A stretch of DNA of 64,000 nucleotides from Cytophagales bacterium (GTDB taxonomy: Bacteria; Bacteroidota; Bacteroidia; Cytophagales; Spirosomataceae). Below are positions 10,364 to 21,100 of this stretch, piece after piece. Every line of letters starts with the position of its first letter. The first letter of the stretch is position 1. Location of the stretch: NCBI GenBank assembly GCA_031411995.1, contig JANOCD010000057.1, positions 28,461-92,460 on the forward strand, given 5' to 3'. The notes beneath the pieces were generated by a model. That model saw only the letters and a program-made list of their open reading frames with translations, did no database searches and was not told the DNA's origin. The position numbers and the translations under genes are program-made.

Positions 10364-11797
10364 ATGAAATCAATTCCTTACCTTCTGATCCTTTGCGCCC
10401 TGCTTGTCCGGCCCACCTACGCCCAGATTGGCATGGGCGGCCAACCGCACCCCTCGGCGGCTCTCGATGTAAAGAGTCCTGCCAATAATAAGGGGCTTCT
10501 CATACCCCGGCTCTCGACTGCCCAACGCAACGCCATTGCCAGCCCCGCCGTTGGTCTGCTGGTTTTCGACTTAGACAAAGGCACCCTCTACCTCTACGAC
10601 GGACAGAACTGGCTGCCTTTAGCCACCACCAGCCCTAACAACCTTGCCCCCATTGACCGAACCGCCAGCGACGGAGTAGCTCTCGATTATTTTGGCATCA
10701 GCGTGGCCATTTCGGGCGATTATGCCATTGTAGGAGCCTATGGAGATGACATTGAGGCGAATGCCCGTCAAGGGTCGGCATACGTGTTTGTGCGGTCGGG
10801 CAGTAGCTGGATTCAGCAACAAAAAATCACCGCCAGCGATGGGGCGGTTGATGATTTTTTTGGCTGGAGCGTAGCCATTTCGGGCGATTATGCGATTGTA
10901 GGAGCCTATAGGGATGACATTGGAGCGAACCCTGATCAAGGTTCGGCCTATGTGTTTGTGCGGGGGGGCGGCACCTGGACTCAGCAGCAAAAACTCACCG
11001 CCAACGACGGGGCGGCCAGTGATTTTTTTGGGGACATCGTAGCCATTTCGGGCAATTATGCAATTGCGGGAGCCCCTAATGATAACATTGGGGCGGACAA
11101 CAATCAAGGTTCGGCCTATGTGTTTGTCAGGAGTGGGAGTAGCTGGACGCAGCAACAAAAACTCACCGCCAGCGACGGGGCGGCTGAAGACTTTTTTGGC
11201 CGTAGCGTGGCGATTTCTGGCGATTATGCCATCGTGGGGGCGAATTCCGACGACAATGGGACGAACAGCGGTCAAGGTTCGGCCTATGTGTTTGTGCGGG
11301 GGGGCGGCACCTGGACTCAGCAACAAAAAATCACCGCCAGCGACGGGGCGGCCAGTGATTTTTTTGGGTCTAGCGTAGCCATTTCGGGCGATTATGCCAT
11401 TGTGGGGGCGAGTTCCGACGACATTGGGGCGGATGCCGATCAAGGGTCGGCGTATGTGTTTGTCAGGAGCGGGAGTAGCTGGACACAGCAAGCCAGGTTA
11501 ATTGCCAACGATGGGGCAGCTAGCGATTTTTTTGGGTATAGTGTGGCCATTTCGGGCGATTATGCCATTGTGGGAGCCTATAACGATGCCATCGGAGCGA
11601 ACAACGCCCAAGGCTCAGCCTATGTATTTGTCAGAAATGGTACGAGTTGGTCACAGGTGCGACAAGTAACCGATAATTCACCCACCAATACCACCAATGG
11701 GAGTAGTGTTGGGCTTTCTAATGGGTCATTTATTATCGGGGGACCAGGTTTTGAGAATGCTAAGGGCAAGGTTTCGTTTGGAACAGTGGATAATTGA
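10364..11797 (+). CDS. Secreted FG-GAP repeat beta-propeller protein, paralog 3
   Basis: Same architecture; 168-nt internal repeat units, some near-identical at DNA level. Confidence 0.88.
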   Translation: MKSIPYLLILCALLVRPTYAQIGMGGQPHPSAALDVKSPANNKGLLIPRLSTAQRNAIASPAVGLLVFDLDKGTLYLYDGQNWLPLATTSPNNLAPIDRTASDGVALDYFGISVAISGDYAIVGAYGDDIEANARQGSAYVFVRSGSSWIQQQKITASDGAVDDFFGWSVAISGDYAIVGAYRDDIGANPDQGSAYVFVRGGGTWTQQQKLTANDGAASDFFGDIVAISGNYAIAGAPNDNIGADNNQGSAYVFVRSGSSWTQQQKLTASDGAAEDFFGRSVAISGDYAIVGANSDDNGTNSGQGSAYVFVRGGGTWTQQQKITASDGAASDFFGSSVAISGDYAIVGASSDDIGADADQGSAYVFVRSGSSWTQQARLIANDGAASDFFGYSVAISGDYAIVGAYNDAIGANNAQGSAYVFVRNGTSWSQVRQVTDNSPTNTTNGSSVGLSNGSFIIGGPGFENAKGKVSFGTVDN

Positions 11798-11893
11798 GGG
11801 GTCGGTCACGATAAGAAAAGACTGTCAAAACCATTTAAGTCGTCTCACCGTTAAACTAACAGTTCCAAATTCAACATTATACAAAACTAAACC

Positions 11894-12328
11894 ATGCTTA
11901 AACGCAGAGCATCGGCTACCTGGAAAGGCAGCCTGAAAGAAGGCACCGGCTCCTTGTCGGCTTTTGGCGGTGTGTTAGACAACACGCCGTTCTCATTCAA
12001 AACCCGTTTCCAGAGCGAAGACGGCAAAGCGGGTACCAACCCCGAAGAATTGCTGGCGGCTGCCCACGCGGGTTGCTTCACCATGGCAACAGGAGGTGCC
12101 CTTGATCGAGCCGGGCTTATCCCTGATTCACTTGAGACTACGGCCGTACTGACGATGGACACCGATACATTGACTGTTACCGCTGTTGAGCTGACGATCA
12201 AAGGTAGCGTACCCGGCATCGACGAAGCCAAGTTTAAGGAGATCGCCGAAGATGCCAAGAAAAACTGCATCATCTCGCGGGCATTATCGCCCGATATTAC
12301 GATGACGCTGAACGCATCATTGGTGTAA
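11894..12328 (+). CDS. osmC: OsmC-family peroxiredoxin
   Basis: GTNPEELLAAAHAGCF and AKKNCIISRAL cysteine motifs. Confidence 0.92.
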   Translation: MLKRRASATWKGSLKEGTGSLSAFGGVLDNTPFSFKTRFQSEDGKAGTNPEELLAAAHAGCFTMATGGALDRAGLIPDSLETTAVLTMDTDTLTVTAVELTIKGSVPGIDEAKFKEIAEDAKKNCIISRALSPDITMTLNASLV

Positions 12329-12345
12329 TGTCAATCTGATTGCTC

Positions 12346-12379
12346 AAACGGGGAAGGTCTTCAGGATCTTCCCCGTTTT
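12346..12379 (+). terminator. Intrinsic terminator after osmC
   Basis: aaacggggaag ... cttccccgtttt hairpin with T tail. Confidence 0.75.
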
Positions 12380-12431
12380 CATTACCAAACCTTCATTCGT
12401 ACCTTAGCATTTCTGGCTTTCCCCGTTACGC

Positions 12432-13934
12432 ATGAAGTACTTTTTCCTGTGTCTGCTGCTCACGATTCGGGCGTTTGCTCAACCGGCCAACCTATCTTCT
12501 CGTCCCAATCAGCCTATTGCTACGGAAGGGTTGCGAGCCGATTTTCGCCTGCTCCGGGCTTCTTTGGAGGAGCTTCACCCCAGTCTTTACCGCTATTCGC
12601 CCAAAGATTCGCTGAACCAGGCGTTCGACCGGGCCTATGCCAGCCTGACGTATCCGCTAACCGAACAGGAGTTCATGAATCGGCTCTACCCGGTAATCAG
12701 CCAGATTCGGTGCGGCCATACCCAGATCGAACACTCCACCGCCTTCAAACAAGCCCCCGACCGCCCCCGATCGGTGGCCTTGCCGGTGAAGCTGCTGGCC
12801 GAGGGCAACCGGCTCTTCATTGTACAAAATCAATCGACGGAGGCCAGTTTGCAAGCGGGCGACGAGGTGTTGAACATCAATGGAGTGACGGCGGCTGAAC
12901 TGATTCAGGAAGCCCGGCAACAGTGGAGTAGCGACGGATACAACGAGACCTGGGTTCAGTTTTTTATCAATAATTATGGTCTGCTCAACGAGGTCTGCAC
13001 GTTTCTGCACGGTTGGCGCGGCACCTATACCCTCCAGGTAAAAAATGCCAAAGGGTCTGTTCGCACCACCACCGTGATGGCACCCCCACCCGCCCGCCTA
13101 CCCGACACATCGGTATCTCGGTCGCAGATTATGCCCGTGAAACCAGCCCGGTCGCGTTGGGAACCCAAACCCTATCTGGGTTTGCGGTTGATGCCCGATT
13201 CGGCAACGGCCCTGCTCACGGTGAACGCGCTGGAGTATGGCGACGAAACATTCTACCAACAGGCGTTCGGGCAAATCGAGAAAAAGCGGATTCAGCACCT
13301 TATCCTCGATATTCGGCAGAACCACGGTGGCGATGCCCGCATCATCAGTCAGTTGCTGGGGTATCTGGCCGATGCGCCTTTTGTGTTGATTAAACGCGTG
13401 GAAAGTTCCGTTGCCAACCCAGATCGGAACCGATTCCGACCTTATTTCGACAAATCCATTCTCGATAGCCACCGCACCTCGTTTATGCCCGGCATCAGGC
13501 AGGGAAGCCTGTATCAGTTCACGTTCCGCCCCGAGAATGGACGAATCACCGGCTACCTGCCACTGGCCAAAACCAATCGGTTTCGGGGAAAAGTCTACGT
13601 GTTGATCGACGGTGGCACGTTCTCGAACGGAGCTAATTTTGCGGCCGCGTTGAAAGCACAGCGCGCCAACACCGTTTTTGTGGGCCGCGAAACGGGCGGC
13701 ACCGAAGCGGGCTGCAACGGCGGCACCGTGCAACGGCTCACGCTCCCCCACTCAAAATTGCAGGTTCAGTTTCCCTGGATGCGGCTGACCTCGGCTTCGG
13801 CCCAACCCGACAGCGGCTATGGTGTCCGGCCCGATTTTCCTGTGCTGCCAACTCCCCGTGCGTTGGCCAACAACCGCGACGAAGACCTGGAGACCGCTCT
13901 TGGGCTGATTCGGACCGGCGATAAAAAACCCTGA
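12432..13934 (+). CDS. S41-family peptidase, secreted
   Basis: Signal peptide, HPSLYRY, IRCGHT, LDIRQNHGG, TFSNG, GRETGG, GVRPD. Confidence 0.88.
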   Translation: MKYFFLCLLLTIRAFAQPANLSSRPNQPIATEGLRADFRLLRASLEELHPSLYRYSPKDSLNQAFDRAYASLTYPLTEQEFMNRLYPVISQIRCGHTQIEHSTAFKQAPDRPRSVALPVKLLAEGNRLFIVQNQSTEASLQAGDEVLNINGVTAAELIQEARQQWSSDGYNETWVQFFINNYGLLNEVCTFLHGWRGTYTLQVKNAKGSVRTTTVMAPPPARLPDTSVSRSQIMPVKPARSRWEPKPYLGLRLMPDSATALLTVNALEYGDETFYQQAFGQIEKKRIQHLILDIRQNHGGDARIISQLLGYLADAPFVLIKRVESSVANPDRNRFRPYFDKSILDSHRTSFMPGIRQGSLYQFTFRPENGRITGYLPLAKTNRFRGKVYVLIDGGTFSNGANFAAALKAQRANTVFVGRETGGTEAGCNGGTVQRLTLPHSKLQVQFPWMRLTSASAQPDSGYGVRPDFPVLPTPRALANNRDEDLETALGLIRTGDKKP

Positions 13935-13987
13935 CACAACGGACCAAAAGGCCGTACCTTCGCTCAGTCACTAACTAATGTAAAACT

Positions 13988-14296
13988 ATGGCTGTTAACG
14001 CAAAACATCTCGCTACGTTTATTCTCGGTGCCGCTGCCGGGGCTGCTCTCACCAAATATATTCATACGGAAGAGGGCGAAAAAATGATGGACGACCTCAA
14101 AGAAAAGGGAAACCAGTTCAAATCAGAAGCCGAAGCCGCTCTCGACAACGCGCCCGAATACTTCGACAGTCTGAAAACCCAACTCGCTGACCTATTGCGG
14201 AATAACTTCCCCGATGCCGAAAAAGCCATCAACGACGTGTTGGGCAAAAAGCCTGAACTGCCCGCTTCCGAAACCCCGGCAACGCCCGGTGCCTAG
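13988..14296 (+). CDS. YtxH-like small membrane-anchored protein
   Basis: FILGAAAGAAL hydrophobic N-terminus then helical acidic tail. Confidence 0.7.
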   Translation: MAVNAKHLATFILGAAAGAALTKYIHTEEGEKMMDDLKEKGNQFKSEAEAALDNAPEYFDSLKTQLADLLRNNFPDAEKAINDVLGKKPELPASETPATPGA

Positions 14297-16710
14297 AACC
14301 GGTATTCTTTCCGCACAATGGTCTGATTGCTACCCGCTCCCTGCTCATACATCACGTCGGCTGGGCGGGGAATCTTAACCAGCGATTCGGGGAGGGTCAT
14401 CGACTGATCGTACAACAATAAACGGAGTGACGCTTGCGGTCGGGTTCTGACAGTGAGCGTCATTTCTTTGTTTAAAGGCAAGCCGTTGCAAATAACCTGG
14501 GTTAATTGTCCCTGCCCGTTTGGCATCACTGAAGGCTTCCCTTTCACGGGTTCGTTGTTCAGAAAAATAGCCTGCAAGTCGGCGGTGTCTCTCATAATCA
14601 ACCCAAGCTCGAAGCCCGCTGCTCCCCGCACCGACCGCAGTTTCAGGCGTAAGGTCCGGCTGGTGGTTGTGTTGCTATCGCTCACAAGCTCGGCAGTAGG
14701 AGCCTCAATGGGCAATACAGTGGCTTCGTTAATCAACCGTTGTCGTTGGCCAAGCAACCGTTGTCCCTGACTAGTGGGGTAAAATTCGGTGAATGGGCTG
14801 ATGGTGGGTTTACCGAAAAATTGTTTGTTCCAATGGTCGGTGGTGTGCGTAGTGGATGCCCAATAAGCCTTTTTAGTATCGGTATTCAGATAGTAACTAA
14901 CCTGACTATGAATGGGTTGCTCGGCACTGGGTGCTTCGGCCCGGATGGCCCAGGCGGTTGTCAGCAGGCCTAATCCCAGGGCTGCCAGGGCCACGGTCGG
15001 ATTGTTGCGCCAGCGCAAAGCCCGCTCAATGCCAAACCCCACCGGCAGCAACAACCCCAGGGCAATCACAAACAGCAACATAGCCCCCACAATGGGCAAT
15101 TGCAGATCGAACGTCACGAACAGCAACCGAACCAACGGAATCAAGAGCAAGGTGGGCAAAGCCGCCACAAGCGCAACGCTGTCGTGGGCAGTGGTACTTT
15201 TGTGTTGATGCAGGTTCCAGTACAAAACTGCCCATGTCCCCAATAGGCTGAACAACAGGGGAAACATGAACTGGAAAGTGGTGGTGGGCAGGTGAAATGC
15301 CTGCACCATAACCAACACATAGAGCAGCAGATAAACCCCCATAAGGAGCGAAAAGGGGCGTATCCAGCGCAGAATCAGCCGGGTCAACAACCCAAACACA
15401 CCAACGGTCAACAGAGAGTAGGCAATCAGAAAACGGTCGGAGCCGTAGACACCGTTGATATAATAGGCAAACGAAAACGGGCTATTTTCGGCCACGCGCA
15501 GGTTGAAGGCTGCGGGCATCAGGTGCCTCACTCCCACCGTAATGGGCCACAAGAGGGCCAGAATCAGCAGGAGCATCAACAGAAATAAACCTGCCCCGGC
15601 CAGGCTTTGTCCCACCGTCAGCACTTTTTTCTGAATGCCCAACACAAAGGTTATCAGCAAAGCTACCGTCAGGAATCCCACAAAAAACCAGTTGAGCGAG
15701 AGTGGATATTGTACAAAATGAAAGCCTATCGTATTGAAAAAAACCTTGTCGGGTGCTTTGGTTTGGTCGAGCGGTTGGTTGCCAATGTAGCGGGTGAGGG
15801 CCAGCAAATTGCTTCCGTGGTGTTGCAATGTGCCCCAGTCGAGGTTTTGGGGCGAATCGGTCAGTTTGTGGTAATGCACAAACCCGTCGATATACGCAGA
15901 GTTTAGACCGCTGTAGCCAGCATCCCGAAACACCGTAAAATCGGTGCTGTTGGGCAAAATCCGGTAAATCTCATACATCAGCGACGAGGCCAGCGGATAG
16001 GGTGCATGAGCCAGCGCATCCACCGCCCAGCCGTTTTCCGAACTGATTTCAAACGTCATGCTTGGCCCACGCACACCCCGCGCTTCGAGGTTCATCACAA
16101 AACCAACGTCTTTGGCCCAGGGGTGCCGCACAAAAGCCTGCGCCCCATACAACCCGTATTCTTCGCCATCGGTGAGCAGAAAAATAACGTCGTGTTGCAA
16201 AGCAGGGCCTTTTTGCAGGGCGCGGGCCGTTTCCAGAATAGCCGCCACACTCGATCCATCGTCGGCGGCTCCGCGCGCGTTGGGTTGCGAATCGTAGTGA
16301 GCCAGCATCAGCACAGCCTTTTGTGGCCCGGCCTTTTGCCATCCAGCCCGGGACCCTCCAGTCTGGCCCGATTGTTGGCCCTTGAGCCGCCCAATCAGGT
16401 TAAACACATAACCCACACTTCCACCCCGCCGGTGGCTCACGGTGGTTTCCTGCACCTGAACCTCCAGTTTGAGTGCCCGCAACTGATCAAGCAAATATAA
16501 CCGGACATTGGCATGAGCTTGTGTCCCCATTGCGTGGGGTTCGCGCCCAATTTCGCGCACATGAGCAAAAGCCCGCGTGGCCGAAAACTCAGGTTCGGGG
16601 GCGTTGGCAGGCAGGGGCGCGGGCGGCTGCATGGCCCAAATTGTCCAGACAGAAAAACCAATAAGCAGTAACAGAACGAGCAACGCAGAAAGTGGAGGAC
16701 GGAAAGGCAT
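14293..16710 (-). CDS. Membrane-bound M28-family metallopeptidase
   Basis: AHYDS, GAADDGSSVA, DGEEYGL, NLEARG, YHKLTD motifs followed by multiple TM helices; start could be 16722. Confidence 0.88.
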   Translation of the reverse strand: MPFRPPLSALLVLLLLIGFSVWTIWAMQPPAPLPANAPEPEFSATRAFAHVREIGREPHAMGTQAHANVRLYLLDQLRALKLEVQVQETTVSHRRGGSVGYVFNLIGRLKGQQSGQTGGSRAGWQKAGPQKAVLMLAHYDSQPNARGAADDGSSVAAILETARALQKGPALQHDVIFLLTDGEEYGLYGAQAFVRHPWAKDVGFVMNLEARGVRGPSMTFEISSENGWAVDALAHAPYPLASSLMYEIYRILPNSTDFTVFRDAGYSGLNSAYIDGFVHYHKLTDSPQNLDWGTLQHHGSNLLALTRYIGNQPLDQTKAPDKVFFNTIGFHFVQYPLSLNWFFVGFLTVALLITFVLGIQKKVLTVGQSLAGAGLFLLMLLLILALLWPITVGVRHLMPAAFNLRVAENSPFSFAYYINGVYGSDRFLIAYSLLTVGVFGLLTRLILRWIRPFSLLMGVYLLLYVLVMVQAFHLPTTTFQFMFPLLFSLLGTWAVLYWNLHQHKSTTAHDSVALVAALPTLLLIPLVRLLFVTFDLQLPIVGAMLLFVIALGLLLPVGFGIERALRWRNNPTVALAALGLGLLTTAWAIRAEAPSAEQPIHSQVSYYLNTDTKKAYWASTTHTTDHWNKQFFGKPTISPFTEFYPTSQGQRLLGQRQRLINEATVLPIEAPTAELVSDSNTTTSRTLRLKLRSVRGAAGFELGLIMRDTADLQAIFLNNEPVKGKPSVMPNGQGQLTQVICNGLPLNKEMTLTVRTRPQASLRLLLYDQSMTLPESLVKIPRPADVMYEQGAGSNQTIVRKEYRF

Positions 16711-16866
16711 CAGGCAAATCAAGGATGAGGCAAATGGGAAATTATGATAAATTAGGGCTATTCGGAGACAAACTTAACCTTTTCCAATACAAGGTGGTAG
16801 GCGTGATTTTTTATGCCAATTTTGCAGAGTAGGGCTATGGATTACTCTTTCGCTCTTTCGCATTTC

Positions 16867-18054
16867 ATGAAAACTGTTGACTCCTATAATTTTGCCGGCA
16901 AGAAAGCCCTCGTTCGCGTGGATTTCAACGTCCCGCTCGATGCGCAATTTACCATCACCGACGATACGCGCATCAAAGCGACCATCCCAACGATCACTAA
17001 AATTTTGAACGATGGTGGTTCGGCCATTCTGATGTCGCACCTGGGCCGCCCGAAAGATGGTCCAACGGATAAATATTCGCTTCGGCATTTGCTGCCAACG
17101 CTGTCGGAAACGTTTGGCCGCGAGGTGAAATTTGCTGACGACTGCATTGGGCAATCAGCCATCGACGCAGCTGCAGCCTTGCAACCGGGCGAAATTCTGT
17201 TGCTCGAAAATCTTCGTTTTTACAAAGAAGAAGAAAAAGGCGATGTTGGTTTTGCCGAAAAACTCTCGAAACTGGGCGATGTCTGGGTAAACGATGCCTT
17301 CGGAACGGCCCACCGTGCCCACGCCAGCACAGCCGTGGTGGGGCAGTTTTTTCAGGATCGGGTGTGCGGCTATGTGATGTTGGCCGAAATCGAAAACGCC
17401 GATAAAATCCTGAACCATGCCGAGCGGCCTTTCACCGCGATCATGGGTGGAGCCAAGATCTCGGACAAAATCCTTATCATCGAACGCCTGCTCGACACAG
17501 TCGATAACCTTATCATCGGGGGTGGCATGACCTACACGTTTACCAAAGCGCAGGGGGGCAAAATTGGCAAGTCGCTGCTCGAAGCCGACAAGCAGGAACT
17601 GGCCCTTGAGATTCTGAAAAAGGCCAAAGAAAAAGGGGTGAACATCATCATGCCCGTTGATAACGTCTGTGCCGACTCGTTCTCGAACGATGCCAACCGC
17701 CAGATTGTGGCTACCGGCGAGATTCCCGACGGTTGGGAAGGGCTGGACATTGGCCCCGAATCGGTTACCATTTTTGAGGCCGTGGTGGCCAACTCCAAAA
17801 CCATTCTCTGGAACGGCCCAATGGGTGTTTTCGAGTTCGAGAACTTTGCCACCGGCACCAACGCCATTGCTAAAGCGGTGGTGAAAGCGACCGAAGAAAA
17901 CGGCGCATTCTCGCTCATTGGCGGGGGCGATTCAGCCTCAGCCATCAATCAGGCAGGCTACGGCGACCGTGTCAGCTACGTCTCAACGGGGGGCGGTGCC
18001 TTGCTCGAATACATGGAAGGTAAAGTGTTACCGGGGGTAGCGGCATTGCAGTAA
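16867..18054 (+). CDS. pgk: Phosphoglycerate kinase
   Basis: [44 protein letters not shown]; start trimmed to MKTVD. Confidence 0.98.
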   Translation: MKTVDSYNFAGKKALVRVDFNVPLDAQFTITDDTRIKATIPTITKILNDGGSAILMSHLGRPKDGPTDKYSLRHLLPTLSETFGREVKFADDCIGQSAIDAAAALQPGEILLLENLRFYKEEEKGDVGFAEKLSKLGDVWVNDAFGTAHRAHASTAVVGQFFQDRVCGYVMLAEIENADKILNHAERPFTAIMGGAKISDKILIIERLLDTVDNLIIGGGMTYTFTKAQGGKIGKSLLEADKQELALEILKKAKEKGVNIIMPVDNVCADSFSNDANRQIVATGEIPDGWEGLDIGPESVTIFEAVVANSKTILWNGPMGVFEFENFATGTNAIAKAVVKATEENGAFSLIGGGDSASAINQAGYGDRVSYVSTGGGALLEYMEGKVLPGVAALQ

Positions 18055-18058
18055 TTGA

Positions 18059-18106
18059 GTGATTTAGTGATTGAGCGAATTGCGCATCCGCTCAATCACT
18101 AATCAC
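18059..18106. repeat. Palindromic element between convergent pgk and cheBR genes (possible bidirectional terminator)
   Basis: gtgatttagtgattgagcg ... cgctcaatcactaatcac. Confidence 0.7.
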
Positions 18107-18107
18107 C

Positions 18108-21100
18108 CTACCCCACCGGCAAATACAGATCGAATGTTGCCCCTTTGCCTAATTTGCTGGTGGCTGTGATGAAGCCGTTGTGATTCTCAACTATCTTTTT
18201 CACGATGGCCAGACCAATACCGGTGCCCTGATAGTGCTCCCGGCCGTGCAAACGCTGAAACACACCGAATATCCGTTCGCTGTATTGGGGATCAAAGCCA
18301 ATGCCGTTGTCGGCAACGGTAATGTGGCAATAGGTTTTGTCAGGAAGCAGTTCTTTGTTGGTCAACTCACTTCCTTTTATGTTTCTGCTCTTTATGCTAA
18401 TATGGGGCGGTATGCCAGCATTGGAAAATTTAAGGGCGTTGCCAATGAGGTTGTACATGAGTTGCCGAAACTGAAACACAATGATGTTGGCCGAGCCAAG
18501 ACCAACCGCATCGACGGTGGCGTGTTTTTCCTGAATAGCTTCCTCAAGATCGGTAAGCACTTCAGCAACAATAGTGTTGAGGTCAGTGGTTTCAAAGACT
18601 CGGTCTGTCGTGTTCACCCGCGAAAAGGCAAGTAAGTCCTGAATCAGTTGCTGCATCCGGGCGGCTGCCAACTGCATCCTACCAAAATAATCTTTGCCGT
18701 TTTCGGTTAGGCTTTCGCTTTCTTTTTCAAGAATTCGATTGGCCAGCGTTTGAATTTTACGCAGTGGTTCCTGTAAATCGTGGCTCGATATATACGTGAA
18801 TGATTCCAGTTCTTTATTCATGTGGAGCAAAGCATCGTTCTTGTCGGCAAGGGTTTCGTTGGCTTCCCGTAGTTCGTGCGTTCGTTGTGCAACGGCTTTT
18901 TCCAGTTCTTTTTCCCGTGCTTTCTGGGTTTGCAGGTTTTTGTTTTTGGCATTCACCTGCTCGGTTACTTCGTACCCAAAAAGCAGGATGGCAAAAATGG
19001 CTTTATGCTCATTGTACATGGGCTGATAACTGAAATTGAAATACCGTAACTCAGGGGTCAAACCCTCGTCGCGGGCAATCATGACCGGAATCTCGATACC
19101 CACGTAGGGTTCTCCGGTGGTATAAACGGTATCGAGTAACAGATCGAATCCCTGCCCTTCTAATTCGGGCAGTGCCACCATAATCGGTTTGCCCTTTATT
19201 TCGCGCTTGCCAAACAAACTCTGGCACTGCTCATTCACCAATTCATACGTATGCTCAGGCCCGGTCAGGGTAGCCACAATGCCGGGAGAGGTCATCAGCA
19301 TATCCTCAAACAAAGCGGTCTGTATTTCCATTCGTTTGCGGGCCACAACCAGTTCCGTAACTTCATTGGCTACGCAGATAACCCCCGTTATTTGCCCGTT
19401 TGTTTCGCGCACCGGCTGAAAGGTAAAATTGAAATACCCGGGCGCGCTTTTACCATGCCGGTTCAGGGCAACCTCCATTTCGTTGATCGAATAGGGAATG
19501 CCGGTTTTCATCATGGCAAGCAGTTCGATCTCAAACGGTGCCTTGAGTTCGGGTAGGAAGTCGAACAGGGGTTTGCCCACAAAGTCAGGCTCCTTCCTGT
19601 CGACCATTCCTAAAAAAGCATCATTCGCTATATCGACAATCATGTTATCGCCCCGAAAAACGGCAATGCTCACCGAAGCCTGCAATACCAAATTCCGGAA
19701 CCGGTTGGTCAGTTCTTGTTCCTTTTCTTTGGCCCGAGCTGCTTCCGTAATGTCTTCTATCGACAGCAAAATCAGTTTCTCCGTACTGGTTTTACTATGA
19801 ATCTCACGGGCATTCAACAACATTACCCGCTCGCCGATTGTGGAGAAAGTGTGGGTCAGTTCAAAATCGTTGAAGGCCTTTTTCTTGGGCAATATTTCTT
19901 CGAGCAACAGGCGCAGTTCGGGAATATTCCACTGTTTATTACCGAGGTCATATACCAGTGTTCCTTCCGTTTCGAGTTCATTCACCCGGAATGTTTTGTA
20001 AAAAGTACTGTTGGCTGTTCGGACTCGCAGGTTTTTGTCGAGCACCAGCAACGGTTCGCGAATGTTAGCAATAATGGCTTCGGCATAGTCGCGGGCCGTT
20101 GTTACCTGTTCGTTGAGGCCAATCATCTCCTGGTTCACCACCGTTAGCTCTTCGTTGGTGCTTTGGAGTTCTTCTTTGCTGGTTTCGAGTTCTTCGTTCA
20201 GGCTTTGCAGTTCTTCGCTCCCGCTGAGGAGTTCTTCGTTGGCACTTTGCAGTTCTTCATTCACCGCTTCCTGATCTTCGGTAATGCTCCGCATATCGTC
20301 GCGGGTTTGCGCCAGTTCCTTCTTTAATTGTTGAATAAGAAGGTCTTTATCATCGTTTTTCGCCCTTGATTTTGTCGTCTTTTTAGGGCTACTGACGGTG
20401 GGCGGTTGGTTGGCGGCCGGGGTCTCGTGAAAGAGAACCAAGTAATGGGGGTCAATGGTATTGGGTAACGGAATGGCTTCGATAGATACCATACGCAAGC
20501 TGCCATTCACCTGCACCGGAATCGCTTCTTTTGTAACCGAAGATTTTTCTTTTTTTGCTTTGTGCAAAATGTTACGCAACTCAAACGCCAGGCCGTGTTT
20601 GGCCATCAATAATAAATTATGCGTGGGTTTGCCCGGTGCCTGTTCCAAAAAACTCCCCGTATTGCCCCGAAAATGCACAATGTCCAGGGTTTCGTTCACA
20701 ACCACGCCAGCGGGCGTATATTTATTCAGGATAATATCATCGGCTGTTTTCTGGAAATCAGTACGCATAGATTCGTTTTTGGGGTTTCCCTCGGTGGCAT
20801 TTGTGTCCTGTTTGCTAGGCCCGCTTGCCATCAGCATAAACCGACCGGGTACATCTTTACGGGTAAATAATTTTTCGGTTTTAGTGGCCGACGCAAACAG
20901 CTCGGGTACTACGCTGATCGTCTCGGATTTACCCAACAACAAATAGCCTTTGGGGTTAAGCGCGTAATGAAAGGTAGTCAGGGCCTTTTTTTGCAGGTAC
21001 GACTCCATGTATATCAGCACGTTGCGGCAGCTGATAAGATCGACTTTACCGAAGGGCGGGTCTTTCAGAAAGTTGTGCTGGGCAAACACACACATATCCC

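Noticed and set aside
7362-11797. Diversity-generating retroelement or CRISPR explanation of the repeats
   Set aside because: No reverse transcriptase, template repeat or adenine-specific variation; repeats are in-frame protein blades, not repeat-spacer units
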